From: Geosiphon pyriformis uo1
Lineage: Eukaryota > Fungi > Glomeromycota
Length of the DNA stretch: 64,000 nt
Reading direction: 5' to 3'
Assembly: GCA_016748015.1 (NCBI GenBank)
Contig: JAAOMT010000494.1
Location: forward strand, 798,190 to 862,189
Shown: positions 37,726 through 51,634 of the stretch, piece after piece
Layout: every line of letters begins with the position of its first letter
Position numbering within the stretch: the first letter of the stretch is position 1
Position numbers and translations under genes: made by a program
Notes under the pieces: model-generated
The model's database searches: none
What the model saw: only the letters and a program-made list of their open reading frames with translations
What the model was told of the DNA's origin: nothing

Positions 37726-40700
37726 TCTAATTTTTTGGAGAGATCGGGATATGTGAGATATTGTTCTATTTTGGTAGTCTGATTTGGCTCTTGAAATAAC
37801 ATGTTTTTGACGAATAATTCTTCTTTTTCTTCTGGCTCAGATAATTTGGTGATTGGATATAGAATTCTGGGAGATGAGTTAAATATGAGATCACACTTGT
37901 TGCAGTATTGAAAGTGGCAAAAAATTAAGCAATGATCACATAGTTTGGTATTTAGATCAGCTAGCCACTGTTTTTGTTCTTCTCAGGTTGAGGCCAATTC
38001 TTGATATCAGTTCTGAAATGTGTTAGAGTCATTTGTGACAAAATTATCTGTATATAGTTAAGTCCATTATATTCAAGTATCTAAAGGTTGTTCTTGATTT
38101 CTCGTATTTTTTTAGGCATAACACCTTCAGTTTTGGCACTTGCTATTTTCCAAATTTTGTGATCATCATGTAGATAACTGTTCAGCCTATTGAGTGCTTA
38201 TTTTCAAGCATCCTCAATGGGGATTCTCTTTCATATCCAATTGTTAATTAATATGGTGTACTAACAAGCCTTGTTACATGTTCCTTCTCTGTCACACACA
38301 TCATTCCAGAGTTCTTCATTGGGCAGGATTTTGCCATATGCGAGACACAGTGTGTTGTTCTACTTGCCTTGTCATTTTGGTTGTCCAAATCTTTCCAGTA
38401 AACTAGGTCTGCAGTAGTATTTGGTAGTGGTGAGCCATTCTTTGTTGTCCTTGATATATGTGTCTATTGTGGATAGCTTCTTTTTACAATCAACACATAT
38501 TAGTTTTGGAGGTTGGTAAAATAAATTTCTTTGGTCTGAGGTTATGTATCCTAGTGATGATGATTGGAGTTCTTCTTTGGCTCTGTCTTTTCCTTTTTTT
38601 TCTCAAGTTGGTGGTGGAGATAGTTTAGTTTGATAATTGTCTGCTCATAAAACCTGATAAATCTCAATGGTTAGTGATAGTGGTGTGTCTTCGAATTCAA
38701 TAAGGGATTCTTCAGTATATTGGGTTTTAAAGTGTCCACATGTAGCTGGAATTCAAGCATGCTGTCCATTGAATGTGAGTTGAAGTTCTTGAGTGTTCTA
38801 GTCGAGAGTAGTATTGGCTTTTGACAACCAATCATTTCCTATCAGAGCTTGATATTGAGTAGCTTCTATAATGAGTACTTCCATAAGGATTTGGATTCTG
38901 TTAATCTCGAAAGGGAAGTTGTCAATTTTTTCTATTGGGGTTTTTGTGTTTCCATCTATTTTAATGATCCAGGCAGTAGCAGCATGGTCTACTCAGTGAT
39001 CTAGTTGGTCCATGAGCTGTTTTATAATTATGCTACTGGCTAATCTACTATTCAGGATTAATTTAATGTCTATTCCTCCAACTCTGGTGTCAGTATATAG
39101 GACTATTATTGGTTTATTCTGATTGATAGCTGTTCTACTAAAAAGGCTATGGGTGTTCAAATTATTGATGTTAAAAAGAAATATGGTGGCTAGGGTGGTG
39201 TCTTTGGTAATAATGGCTGATGGGATATTACTTTTGGAAAATTGGGAGATTTGTTTTACATCCCTTTCTTCTACAGGTGTAGATTTATCAAAATCCTGGT
39301 CTTCCATGAGACTAAGGTAGGAAACTTGATTCAGGTATCCAGTTGGTGCTGGTCGAAATTGGGCAGGACTGCAAGGGATTGGTCAAGATAGTCCACTAGT
39401 GGGTTGTGTCTGATTGTTGTTGGAATTCCTCCATCTCTAATTATAGTTTATGGCTCAAGGTCTGGACAGGCTGTAAAGAAGAGTTTGATAGTAAGGGATT
39501 GCTTGTATTATTGGTGATGGTTGATAATAATTCCAGGGCAGTGGTTGAGTGTACAGAACTTGTTGTGCATACTGGGACAGTTGATTTTGAGTTATAAAAT
39601 ATTGGAACACCATGTTTTGGTATTGATTTTTTTGATTTTGGTCCATTATCTTCTTTCTGCAATTATGGGCAATGTGTTCAGGTTTCTGGCAGTAGTAACA
39701 GTTGTGAGGATCAGATCTCTAAAGTTGTTGTTATTGCTAATGGTTCTGTTGCTGGAGGTATCTGCTGTTGTTGTTATTTTCTCTTCATTGTGGTGGTTGG
39801 TAAGTTTCTGTGGTTTTGGCTAAGAATCCTTCAATTTTCTGAATTAATTTCTCACTTAATTGGGTTATTTTTGCATTGATGTCAGAGGTTTCATTGATGG
39901 CTAAATTTATGGCTTGGGTATGGTTCACTTCTTGTTCTGCAGATTCAAAATCACAAACGAAAGTAACTGCTTTTTGTAGGTTTGCCAGATGGCAAGGTTG
40001 TATAGACCTTAAAAGACTGCTCCTTAGTCTTTTAACAAATTGATTAAAGACTTGTGTAGTGGTATAATAATTTTGCTTGATGGCTAGGATTTGTCAAAAG
40101 ACCTGATTAAATTTTCTAAGATAAGTAGTTACTGCTTCATAGTCATTTTGTTTTATTATACTGAATTGATTTTACAATCAGATGAGTGTATTAGAGTCAC
40201 AGAAATATTGCAGAAATACAAGTTTAAACTTTGTAAAGAAGGTAGGCTTCTCTGCAAGGCTCTGGTACCACAAATTGGCAGTTCCAGTCAAAAAGAACAG
40301 CAGTGCCTGAATTGTGTGGTTGTTGTTCTAACCATTAGTAGTAATAGCTTTTTTGGTATCTGCAATTCAAGAATATGCATTATCTTCTTCACCAAAAAAT
40401 TTCTCCAATTTAGCAATATTCCGGTAAGCCATAATCTGGTTAATGGATGGGGTGTTACTGATTATATTTAAGAGGATTGGTATCTGCATATTTGAGTGTT
40501 CTTTGGGTGCTAATGCTAATTGTTTCCTTTTGTCGCTTGTACTAATAGGTTGTAAGATAGCTGTTCCCTCTATTAGGAGAAATGCTGATTCTGTGGGGTT
40601 TTGTGCTGGTGGTTGTTCCTAAGTTGACATGTTTCCTTCTGTTTGACCAGCTGTTGGGGTAAAATTTCCAAACAGCAATTCATATTTTCCTAGTGATTTA

Positions 40701-42208
40701 GTCCAACTGTGTTGACTTCAAAAGTGTAGATTTCCAAGAGTTCATGGTGTTTCTGACTGGGTTTTCAGGAGTGGGTTGAATACAATTCTATTTTGGGATA
40801 TCTGATAATATGATGAAGTTGTTGGGAAGAAGATCCTTGGTTTCTTGGTGACCATAAACTTGTCTTGTACAGTTGCGGGATTATTGGATCTATCTTTATA
40901 TTCCTCTAGATCAGATTTTATTGATTGTTGTACTTAAGAGAATTATTGTGTCATGTAGTGTTTAATGTCTGTATTGACCATGCATAGAGTTTCACCAATT
41001 GCTTAAGTAGTGGTAGTTGTTGAGTATTCTAGTAAGTTTTAATGGATTTGTTTTCCAAGTCTTTCTGTATCAGTTGTGTGGCCTGATAAGCAGTTGATTT
41101 TTGTGTTGATATAGTTGCAAAAATTACTTTTTGCAATGGTGGTTTCTGCTGGTATTTCTAGATTTTTTTGAAAGTATTGAAATAGTGCTCTTCCATATGA
41201 GGAGTGATTTTTTTTTATTGTTCCAATAGTCACCACTTTTGTGTATCTCTGGAATGTTCTGTCTCTGTAAATTTATAGTCTCACAGGGAGCACCAAATGT
41301 TACAGATAAACTTAGCAGAATATAATAATAATATTTAGTGCTCTATTTTTGGTTTATTTTTCAAGGTTGTCTGCTTTTTCTGCCATGTCAGTGTTATCAG
41401 TCTTTGAAGGTCTATTCCTAGATGTGAATTTACCTATTGAGTTTTTTGGTTATAAGGCACAGAGTTTGTTTTTTGTTGATTGTAATGTTTTCTATAATTG
41501 TAAGTTTTTTTTTTCATGCTAATGAACACAGTTATTAGGGTTTGGCATTGTCTTTTCGCCCTTCTGATAAGCTATCAAGATAATGTTAATATCCAAAACT
41601 TAGGGAGAGCTTCCCTCTTTTACCAAGCTATCATGAAATCTATTCTAAGACAGTCAATTTTTCTATGTTGCCACTTTAAACAAAAGAAAAAAAAAAAAAA
41701 AAAGAATTAGTTCTTGTCAATCACTGTGATCAAGAGTGATTGGTCCAAATTGTTAAGGTTCGAGGCATTTATGCTAATGGCATCTGTTTCAGAACAAAAG
41801 TAGAAAATACTGATTTCAGTTTTTAATTGAAATCTGTAATATTGGCAAACATAAAGTGGTAAATTGGATTTCTTTTTGGTTTTTGATATTTTATTGTATT
41901 TTGGACTATGAATATATGATAAATATAATACAAAGTAAAATTGATTGCTAATTAACTGTTTTTTTAACTTCTACAACTACTTGCTTTTATACATTCTTTT
42001 GGTTTTATAGAATTGCTTTCAATTGCTTCATTATTGCTAGCTATTGCTTGTTATTGCTAGCTATTGTTTGTTATTACTAGCTATTGCTCATATTTGCTAG
42101 CTATTACTTGCATTTGTTCTGTGTTACCTCAAGTTGTACTGTGTTTTTCTTGTTATGTTTCTTTGTCACATTTTTCCATAGCTTTTTGGTTTTTCTACTC
42201 AGATAACA

Positions 42209-42461
42209 GTGCCAATGTAAGGCATAGAATTATACCAGATGTGATTATTTGTTGACAATACAGACTATTCCTCTACCTTTAGATTCTTGGTTATCTTTAG
42301 AAAAGTATAGCGACTGAGATATTTTATGAAACTGATCTCACACATTGAATCCTTACTCATTCAATTTGCTCTTTGAAGTTGAATTCTCTTTGATTCCTTT
42401 TATTATTCTACAATTCTGTTCTTCCTTGCTATCTATTAGCTTATAACTCCAACCTGTAACA
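42209..42461 (+). repeat. Remainder of element C 3' LTR
   Basis: Continues the LTR sequence interrupted at 11611 (aligns to the G LTRs) and ends CCTGTAACA. Confidence 0.9.
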
Positions 42462-45400
42462 TTATTAATAGTTACAATTTAAATTTTTCAAAGAAATTGT
42501 TATAGGTTTCTAATAATTTGGCTTTTTTATTATTATTTTGGAATAGTACTTTAGATAATAGTGTTTTTACAATTACTGGTAATATAAATTCTGATAATAT
42601 GTGAATATTACTTCTTAGTGTTACAGATTAGAATAACAAGCTAACAGATAACAAGAGAAAACAGGATTGTAAGATGATGAAAAAAATCAAAAAAAATTCA
42701 ACTTCAAAGAGCAAATTAAATAAGTATGAATTCAATATGTGAGATCAGTCTCATAAAATATCTCAGTCACTATATTTTTTAAAAGATAATTGGAGAATCT
42801 GAAGATAGAGAGATAGTTTGTATTGTCAACAAATGATAATATCTAGTATAATTCTATGTCTTATATTAGTGCTCTTAAAATTCAATATCAGATATTAGAT
42901 GTGCTTTTCAGTCACATTTTATTTAATAATCTTTAAATACTACAATTATACAAGTCAGGAAAAAGATAAAAAATAACCAACAAGTAATCTTTTATCTCAA
43001 GATGTTCAGATACTTGAAAGTAGGAAAAAAGATTTTAGTAATAAGAAAATAATTAAGATAAAAGTTGTTATTTTATTTATTTGATTTCCTTGATTTCTAT
43101 ATGCTTTTCTACAGCTAAGAGATTCATCACTTATATAGCTATCAAAAGTAGTCAATGATTAAGTCAATGATTAGGTCAATAATCAGGTCAATGATCAGAT
43201 CAATAATTAGGCCAATGGTCAGGTTATTGATCAGGTCAATAATCACTTTCTAAAAATAGAGTGGCTAATATATGTGATAATTAATAAGAAGTATAAGTTT
43301 CAACTGTAACATTATTCTCTTCAAAAAAATTGAGCTCAAGCAAAATCAAATTATTAATAATGTAATTTATTTGAAAAGTTTTATTTAACTCAAAACTAAC
43401 TATTTTGTTAAAGTTTTTTGTGAATAGGGTATATAATACTTGAGGTGAAATAAGTTTTGTATCCAAAAAACCAAATCTTTGTATTAGAGTTTTGGCTCTT
43501 TTAGCAATAATTAAAACTCTTGAGCCATCTAACCATATAATGCCCAAAATTTTTGCCTGTATCTCTAAAGTTGTTTTCTTTATGAGTTTTATATTCTTTA
43601 TGATTTCTCTAAGATAACTATAGAGTTCTAATTGCCTTTCATATGACAAGTTTTTGTCTATTAATATGATTTTTTGGAAGATGAGAGTATAGCTGCTGTT
43701 ATATTTTTTAACAGATATTTATTTATTTTGCTACCAATTTTTTCTCTTCTGGTAGTAGTTTTCTTTGGTCTAATAATAGTATGTGTTCTACTGTTATCAA
43801 TTATGGTGGTTTGTTTTCCAATAGTCAAAGTAGTATTTGGATAGTTTTTGATCTAATACTCATAGAGAGTATAAAGGGCATTTTGAATGTTTTGATCCAA
43901 AAAATAATTGTTCATGTTGATTGAAAATACTTTTGTTTTGGGAATAGTGCATTTATTTATACTTGATTTTTGCTGATTATTTGAGTTGATATTACTACAA
44001 CAGGCAGCCAATCAGGTCGTTTATAATATTTCTTGAGTCGTGTACCATGAACAGGATGATTATTAAAGATTGTTTCAAATTGATCTTAAAGAATATAAAA
44101 ACCATTGTTCAAAACTTTGTTGACTATAAAAGATTCTTTCTATCAACTAAAAAATTTATTACCATAAAAATTGTCTCTGTTTGAATGGTATTCCAATACC
44201 AAGTTACCAATACTTAAAAAAAATGTTTTATAGGTTTTTTTTTTCTTAAGCTTTTCTTGGAACTGTTTTATTTTTTTAAAAGTAATTATTTGTGCTTCTA
44301 CTAAGAAGTCAATAATAATACCAAGTTTTCTTTGCAAAATGTTTTTGTAATTTCCTATTGTGATTTTTTCAAAGAGTATTGTTTCAATGTCAATTTCTAT
44401 TGGTAGTATTGTCATGCATCTATAAAGCAGATAAAAAGATTCATAACTTGTTATGTCATGATTTACAGTTCTATAAGCAAACAAAGCTGAAGGCAGTACT
44501 TTGTCTTATAAGTTTGTTTCTTCACTGGTTTTGGCTAGGGTTTTACATAGTGTTCTATTGAAATGTTCTATTAGGCCATTTGTTTGGAGATGATATGAAA
44601 AGAAAAGTTTATGATGTATTCCCATTTTTTTACAAAGTTTTTTAACCAGTATATTGAAAAAAACTCTTCTTCTATCAGATAAAAGTTCTTTGGAGCAGCC
44701 ATAACAGCAAATAATATCTTCATAAATGAAATTGGCTATTGAGACTGCTGTTTGGTCAGAAGTGACTCTTGCTTCTACCTACTTGTAAGATAGTCAATAG
44801 CTGTGATAATATATCTGTTGCCATTAAGAGTTATTGTTAAAAGTCTAACAACATTTATACCAATTCTGTCAAATAGTTTACCAACAAAGATTGGATGGAT
44901 ATCTTCTTTGCAATTGGGTTTGCCTTTTTTTTGGCAGATGTTACAGATTTTAATGTATTCAGCAATGTTCTTTTCCAAGGTAGACCAATAATAGTGAGCT
45001 AAAGTTTTCTGAATTGTTTTTGTTTTTCTAAAGTGTCTAGCTAATGGATCAGTATGTATGTTGTATATTACAATTTCTTTTTCTTCAAATCTGATGACTC
45101 TCTGGAGGTGGTCAGAATTTTTTCTATTTCTTTTATATAGCTGGTTCTGACAAATCAAATAGAAATTTGATTGTTTGCACAAATGTTCTCTTTGCTGTTG
45201 AGTGTATTTTGGTGGGTATTGTTCTTTATCCAAAAATTCCATTAAGGCAGAGTAATTATTCAAGTTCATTATTATGTTTGTTTGTAAAAGAATTACTAAT
45301 AATTAAGTTGGTTTGGTTTAAGAGGTTGTACTATCACTGGATGGTAAGTCTAAAAAAAGTGTTGGCATTTTGATGATTTGCTCCTTTGCAGTATTGAATA

Positions 45401-48400
45401 TTATAGTTAAATTCATTCAAGTAGAGTATTCAGCGAGTTATTTATTTGTGTTTCAGCTTTTTTTTATTGCACAGCCAAACCAAGGCTTGATGATCTGTTA
45501 CCATTAAAAATTTTGCATCAAGAAGATATTAATCCCAATAACTAGTAGCCCAAACTACTGCTAAACATTTTTGTTTAGTAACTGAATAGTTCTTTTCTGC
45601 TGGTGTGAGGAATCTACTGGCATATGCTATGACTATTTTCATCTTTCTGTGAAAAAACAGCACCAAGTTCATAGCCAGATATATTAGTGTGAAAAATAAA
45701 AGGTTGGTCTATATTAGGTTGTTTGAGAATTGGTTCAGTAACAAGTTTTTTTTTCAGAATTTCAAAAGCTTTTTGTTGATGAGTGCCCCAATTATAATTA
45801 ACATTTTTCCTGAGTAGCTGATTAAGAGGAAAGACAATTTTGGAGGAATTCTTAATAAATTTGTGATAGTAAGAAACCAAACTAAGGAAAGAGCATAGTT
45901 CAAGAATATTCATTGGTTGTCTAATATTTTGAACTTTTTCAACCTTAGCTGGATTAGAGAAAATTCCATCTTTTATAATAAGATAACCAAGAAACTGGGT
46001 GGATTGGCATCCAAAAAAAATTTTGATTGGGTTAATCTTAAGACCAGCATTTCTAAGCAGATCAAAAATTTTTTGCAAGTGTTCAAGATGTTCATCCCAA
46101 ATTTTTGAGTAAACTATTATATTATCTAAGTAGACCAAAACAAAGTTTTCTTTTACTGATTCAAATACTTTGTCCATTAGGCATTGAAAGGTAGGAGAGG
46201 CATTGATGAAACCAAAAGACATGACTGTGAATTCATAAGTGCCATACTTGGTAATGAAAGCAGTTTTTTTTCTGTTTTCTGGATTCATTTCTACTTGCCA
46301 GAATTTAGCAGTTAAGTCAATAATTGAGAAAAAAGCAGCACCATTGAATTTATTTAGTATTGTATCAATTTTGGGGAGTGAATACATGTCTCTTATAGTG
46401 ATAGCATTTAGTTAGTAGTAGTCAACACAGAAGTGTAGGGTTCTACTTTTCTTGGATACTACTACAGCTGGAAATGCCCATTCACTCTTGGTTTCTTGTA
46501 TGAATCCAAGATCTTTCATTTGGTTTATCTCTTTCTTGATAAACTCATCATTGTGTCAATTGAATTGATAAAGCTTCAAATAGATGAGATGAGTTTTTTT
46601 AATGGTAATAATATGTTGTATCACATAAGTGTGTCCAGAAGCATCATCTTTTTTTGAGATAATTGGGCTATTTTTAGCCAACAGATTTTCAATGTCCATT
46701 TTTCTTTCTTCAGAAGAAGGTTTTTTTTGTTCTACAACTAGTGATTGGATTTTAAGTAATTCACTTTCAAAGAACTTCTGTATTTCTTTTAATTCTTCTT
46801 TGGGTATCAAACTAATTGGCTTCCAATCTTTGTAATAAATTAGGCAGAACTTGTATTCATTACTAGGGAAATACAAAAGTTTATTATACTAGCATTTGGC
46901 ACAAGAACCATGTCATCAATAACTGTATTTTGCTTTCTTGCCAGGCTTTTTGTTAAAGATTCTTCTGAGAATATCATAGTAGGGCCAGCAGATCATCTTG
47001 CCATTTACCATGATTTTTTCTTTATCTGCTTTGATATTATCTAATAGCTTGCCATTGTTGATAAAGATAATGTAGATAAGTTTGGCAGTTTTTTCTTGTT
47101 CTTTTTGTTTATCTTTTTGTTCACTTTTTTTATCATCTGATTCTGATTGCTCTTCTTCTTAACTTTGTTTGGGTACTAGAAAAGTTGTTCAATGGTGACA
47201 CTTAACCACAATGGGTTTTTTACCACATCTGATAGTTAGTTCACAGAGTTTATAATCAAGCAAGACTTTTGCTTTTTTGAGCCATTCATTGTCAACTAAT
47301 ATAGTGTATTTTTTTGCTTCAGATACTTCTATGTTAGTTTCAATGCTGATGCCATTAATTCAGACAGGAACAGCTTTGGTTATGTCTAGACCTTTCTTCT
47401 TGTTACCATATATATTGGTTATTGGTTTTGTAGATAGTTCATCAATCTTTCTGCCAATTGCTTTTAAAAAGTGTTTGGCAATGATGCTAACAGATGATCT
47501 TCTGTTCAGGATTAGATCAATAAAATAATCAGCCACTTGGGCTTTACAAATGAGAGGAGTAACATTGCTGTTGTCAACAAGTCCAGCTTGGTGTAAGTGT
47601 TTGTTGGTCTTTAATGTTTTTTTCTTGGGAATCAAAGATTTGCAAAGATCTTTTTTAAATTAAAAATGGGTCATTAATTGGCCAAAGGTAATATGAGTAG
47701 ATGTTTTCATGAAATCTTTGACAACAGAATAAAAACCAGATTTTTGTACTATTTCTGAGAGTTCCAACTTTGGAGGATTCTTAAAAACTGGCCTTTGGTG
47801 GCTTATTGTTATCAGCAGTTGATTTGGATGCTTTGTTTGGATCCAAAATGAAATCAATCTTGGCTTTTTTCTTTTTTCTTGTTGATTCAAAAGTGTTAAT
47901 TACTAGTTTATCCATATCATGGTTATTATTAGTTAGGTTAAAAGCATAAAAGAAGTTTTCTTCTGGTTGGCTTGCACTTTTACTTTTTGGAGATATGTCT
48001 ACCAGTTTAAAGGCTGATAAACAGTGGCTTCAACTAAGAGATCTTCTCCAAAGAAATTGATGTTAACATAATTGGGTCTTTGATTGAGAATATTGTTGTT
48101 GATGGTTTTGTTATTTTGATTGTCATTGTTTTTGAGAGCTGGAAGAAATAGAAGAAGATTGTTGCAATTTTTGGAAAAATGTTCAGTTAATCCACAGTGA
48201 TAACATACAGGTAGACTACAATTTTGTTGTCTTTGATAAAGAAATTGCTAAGACTGATTAAAACAGGGTTCAAATCTGGGTTTTTGAGTTTGTTAATTTT
48301 CTCTAACTACTTGAGCTAAGAGTTCTAATAATCAGACAAAATTGGCTGTGAGTTTATCTATTAATTGTTTATTGGGATTTGGAGTTTGGACAGTAAAAGA

Positions 48401-51400
48401 AGTGGCAGTTATTTGAGAAGCAGGAATCATAACAAGAGCAGAAGCAAAAACTGGAAGTGTAGATTCCAAATGTATTCTTTGATTGTTTTCAATTTGTTGA
48501 GCTAGTTCAATAATCATATTTATTGTGGAATTGTCTTTTAGGACCAAAAGAGGCCAAAGAGCATATAAAAGATTAGTTCTTAATCTTTTTGTAAAGAAGT
48601 GAATTTTTTGCTCTTCTGTTCAGTTTTTTTCAGAGTCTATCTGTTTAATTAACTTTCTGATTGCTTTTGCATATTTAGTTACAGCTTTACCAGAACTTTG
48701 GGTTTTTCTTTCTAATTCCATATGTCATTTGAATATTAAGATAAGAGTTCTAAATTTTATTTTAAACCAGATAATAAAAGAGATATTATCTTTTTCTGCA
48801 TTTGCTGGTGCCTATTTAATGATTCTTTGCTGAGTGTTGGTATTGGTTTTTTGTAAAAACCAAGTAGTAGGAGAGTCTTGAAAGTAGTCACCAATGATTT
48901 GGAACTTATATTCATTATCATATTGGTTGGCTGTGACAGCTCTTTCAAAGTCATCCAACCATTCAATTGGATCTTGTACATTATTTCTAAACAAAGATAA
49001 TAGAGTGTTGTTTCTTCTTTCCAAAGCAGTTTGTATGTCTTGAAGAGCAATCAGAATGTTCTATTGTATAGAATCATTAGCCATTGGTTCAGAAGTTACT
49101 GTTTGAGTAAAATGATCTAATTTACTTAAAAAGAGATCAAAAACAGAAGCAGTTTGATAGCTTTCTTCTTCTGTTTCAAGAGAAGTTTCAGTTGATTAAT
49201 GGGCAGCAATTCAAGTATGGATTTGATGATTCAGATATTCGAAATTAGGGGGCTGTTGTTTAAAGGTTGTAGAATATAAAAGCTGATTGATGCTATTGTT
49301 TCTTTCTTCAAAATTGTTTTTAAAATAAGCTTAATCAAAGTAATAAGTTGTATAAGCTGTATAAGTTTTAGCTAAATGCTCATTCAGAAACCAGTTCTAA
49401 AAGTTTTGGAATTGTCTGCTGAATTGTTTTTCAATAGAGAAGCAAATCAAGCAGGAGTGCAAAGAATTGAGTTCAATAAAGTCTAGATCATTTTTGTTGT
49501 GTGCTTTAAAGTGTTCTTTTGATTGTTGTAGCAGATATAAATAATCACTTATACAATAGGAAACAAAGTGGATTTTGACAACCTTACAGGAAGCACCACT
49601 TTTATGTTATGGGTTGGAGTAATAAGCTAACAAATAGCAAAAAAAAACAGGATTATAAGGTGATGAAAAAAATCAAAAGAAATTTAACTTTAAAGAGCAA
49701 ATTGAATAAGTATAAATTCAATATGCAAGATCAGTTTTATAAAATATCTTAGTTACTATACTTTTCAAAAGATAACTGGGGAATTCAAAGATAAAGGGAT
49801 AGTCTGTACTGTCAACAAATAATCACATCTGGTATAATTTTATGCTTTATGTTAGTGCTTTTAGAATTCAATATCAGATATCAGATGTGCTTTTTAGTCA
49901 TGTTTTATTCAATAATCTTCAAATGCTACAATTATACAAGTCAGAAAAAGGGTAAGAAATAACCAACAAGTAATCTTTTATTTCAAGATGTTCAGATACT
50001 TGAAGATAGAAAAAGGGATTTTAGTAATAAGAGAATAATTAAGATGAAAGTTGTTATTTTATTTATTTGATTTTCTTGATTTCTACATGCTTTTCTACAG
50101 CTAAGAGATTCATTGCTTATATAACTATCAAAAGTGGTCAATGATCAAGTCAACAATTAGGTTAATAATTAGATCAATAATTAGGTCAATGATTAGGTCA
50201 ACAGTCAAGTCATTGATCAGGTCAATAATCACTTTCTAAAAATAGAGTGGCTAATTTATATGACATCAATGGCTAATACATGTAATAATTAATAAGAAAT
50301 ATAAGTTTTAACCATAACATTAGTATATAATAGTATGATAGATAAATAAATAAAATGACTCTTGGTTTTTTTTAAATAGGCAGTTGTATTTTTCTTGATA
50401 TTTCTGCTAAAGTTTGTAATTTTTCTTTGTCTGTGAAAATAATAGAAAATCTTTGTTGGATGTAATGCTCAATTTTTTTGTTTATTTTTGTAATTAGTAA
50501 TGCAAACAAATAGTTTGGTAAAAGTATAGTGTTTTGTAATAGTTCATTGTAGAAATTTTTAGAAGCAGCTTTTGGATTTTCTTGGTTTTTTAAGTAGAAT
50601 TTAATTTTTTCATTGATGTAAAAATTGAAAGCTGATTTTGTTGGCCAATAGTTACTTGTCAATTCAAAATTAGTTTAGTAATATTAAAATAAGAATTTTG
50701 CAAATTCTAAATAATTTTTTTTTATGATTTTTTGGTCTGTCATTTTTTCAAATAATTGATATTAGTGCTGATTTTCTGTTGGATTATATCTTATAAAAAG
50801 CACCAAATATTACAGGTGATTATTTGGGGTGTTGAAACAAATAAAAAACTCATAACTGGATGTTCAATAACTGGAAATGTTAGTAATTTCTAAAGATTTT
50901 GGTTAGGTCTTTTGTATAATAAACAGAGATTTAATTAATGATTTCTTTCATAAATTTTTTTTTTCAGTATAGTGCTTTTTTAGTAAGTTATTCTTAAATT
51001 TCTATTCTTATTCCTAGGTTTTTTATCAAGCTATCCTTGACATTAAATACTCAGTTTTTAATTTTTTTAATCAATTAGTAAACAATAAAGAAACAAAATA
51101 AAACAAAATAAAAGAAAATAAAAAATTAATATTCTATCAATAATCATAATCAAGAGCTATTGATCTAATGTGATTAAGTATTAACTTTTATCAACATTTC
51201 ATGTTGATAATAGAATAGTAATTAATATTCTTAAATAAGTAATAATAACATAAATTAGATAATAATTAGATATTTTTATTGATATTAATGAGTTTTATTT
51301 CAAATCATAAAAAACTATCTTTTAAAAAAAAAGTATAAAATAAATAATTATTGCTAACTATTATTCTGTTTAAATTTAATTCTGAATATTTTTTTGTTTT

Positions 51401-51634
51401 TAATATTTTTGTTATATATATATAATTTGTATTATACAAAATTTTTAAGAATCCTGTAATTTTTTAAAAAAAATTCTGGAATTTTAGAATTCTGGGATTT
51501 TTCAAAAAAAATTCTAAAATTCTGAAATCCTGCAATTTCCCAAAAGAAATCCTGGAATTTCTTTTTTTTACTACACCTATTTTTGATTGGCTATTTTATT
51601 TATTTATTATAATTTTTAATTTCTATAAATAATA
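42462..51634 (-). mobile_element. Gypsy element H (family B-like), 5' portion: 5' LTR ~50808-51634, PBS, and gag N-terminus split by G (50320-50790 and 42462-42618), then interrupted by element C
   Basis: LTR 3' end matches the B LTR end (AGTTATGAGTTT...TAATCAYCTGTAAYA), decayed PBS TGGTGCTTTTTATAAG, gag-like ORF 50372-50662. The right boundary is approximate. Confidence 0.72.
42619..50319 (-). mobile_element. Gypsy element G (family C), full length 7701 bp, no dUTPase, inserted in the gag of element H
   Basis: LTRs 42619-43311 and 49605-50319, perfect TTAG/TTAG TSD, PBS 49582-49598 (6 nt from LTR), RT (YLDN from YLDD) 45614-46387, IN to 43957, ORF3 43281-43915. Confidence 0.94.

Larger units (their letters stand above)
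11612..42208 (-). mobile_element. Gypsy element D (family D), full length, containing a solo LTR and element E
   Basis: 3' LTR 11612-12513, 5' LTR 41298-42208, PBS 41280-41295, PPT 12514-12524, TSD GCAC/GTGC (both derivable from GCGC). Internal gag-PR-Cys-rich-dUTPase at 36891-41240, RT-RH-IN at 13339-16892, ORF3 ~12500-13254. Confidence 0.93.
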
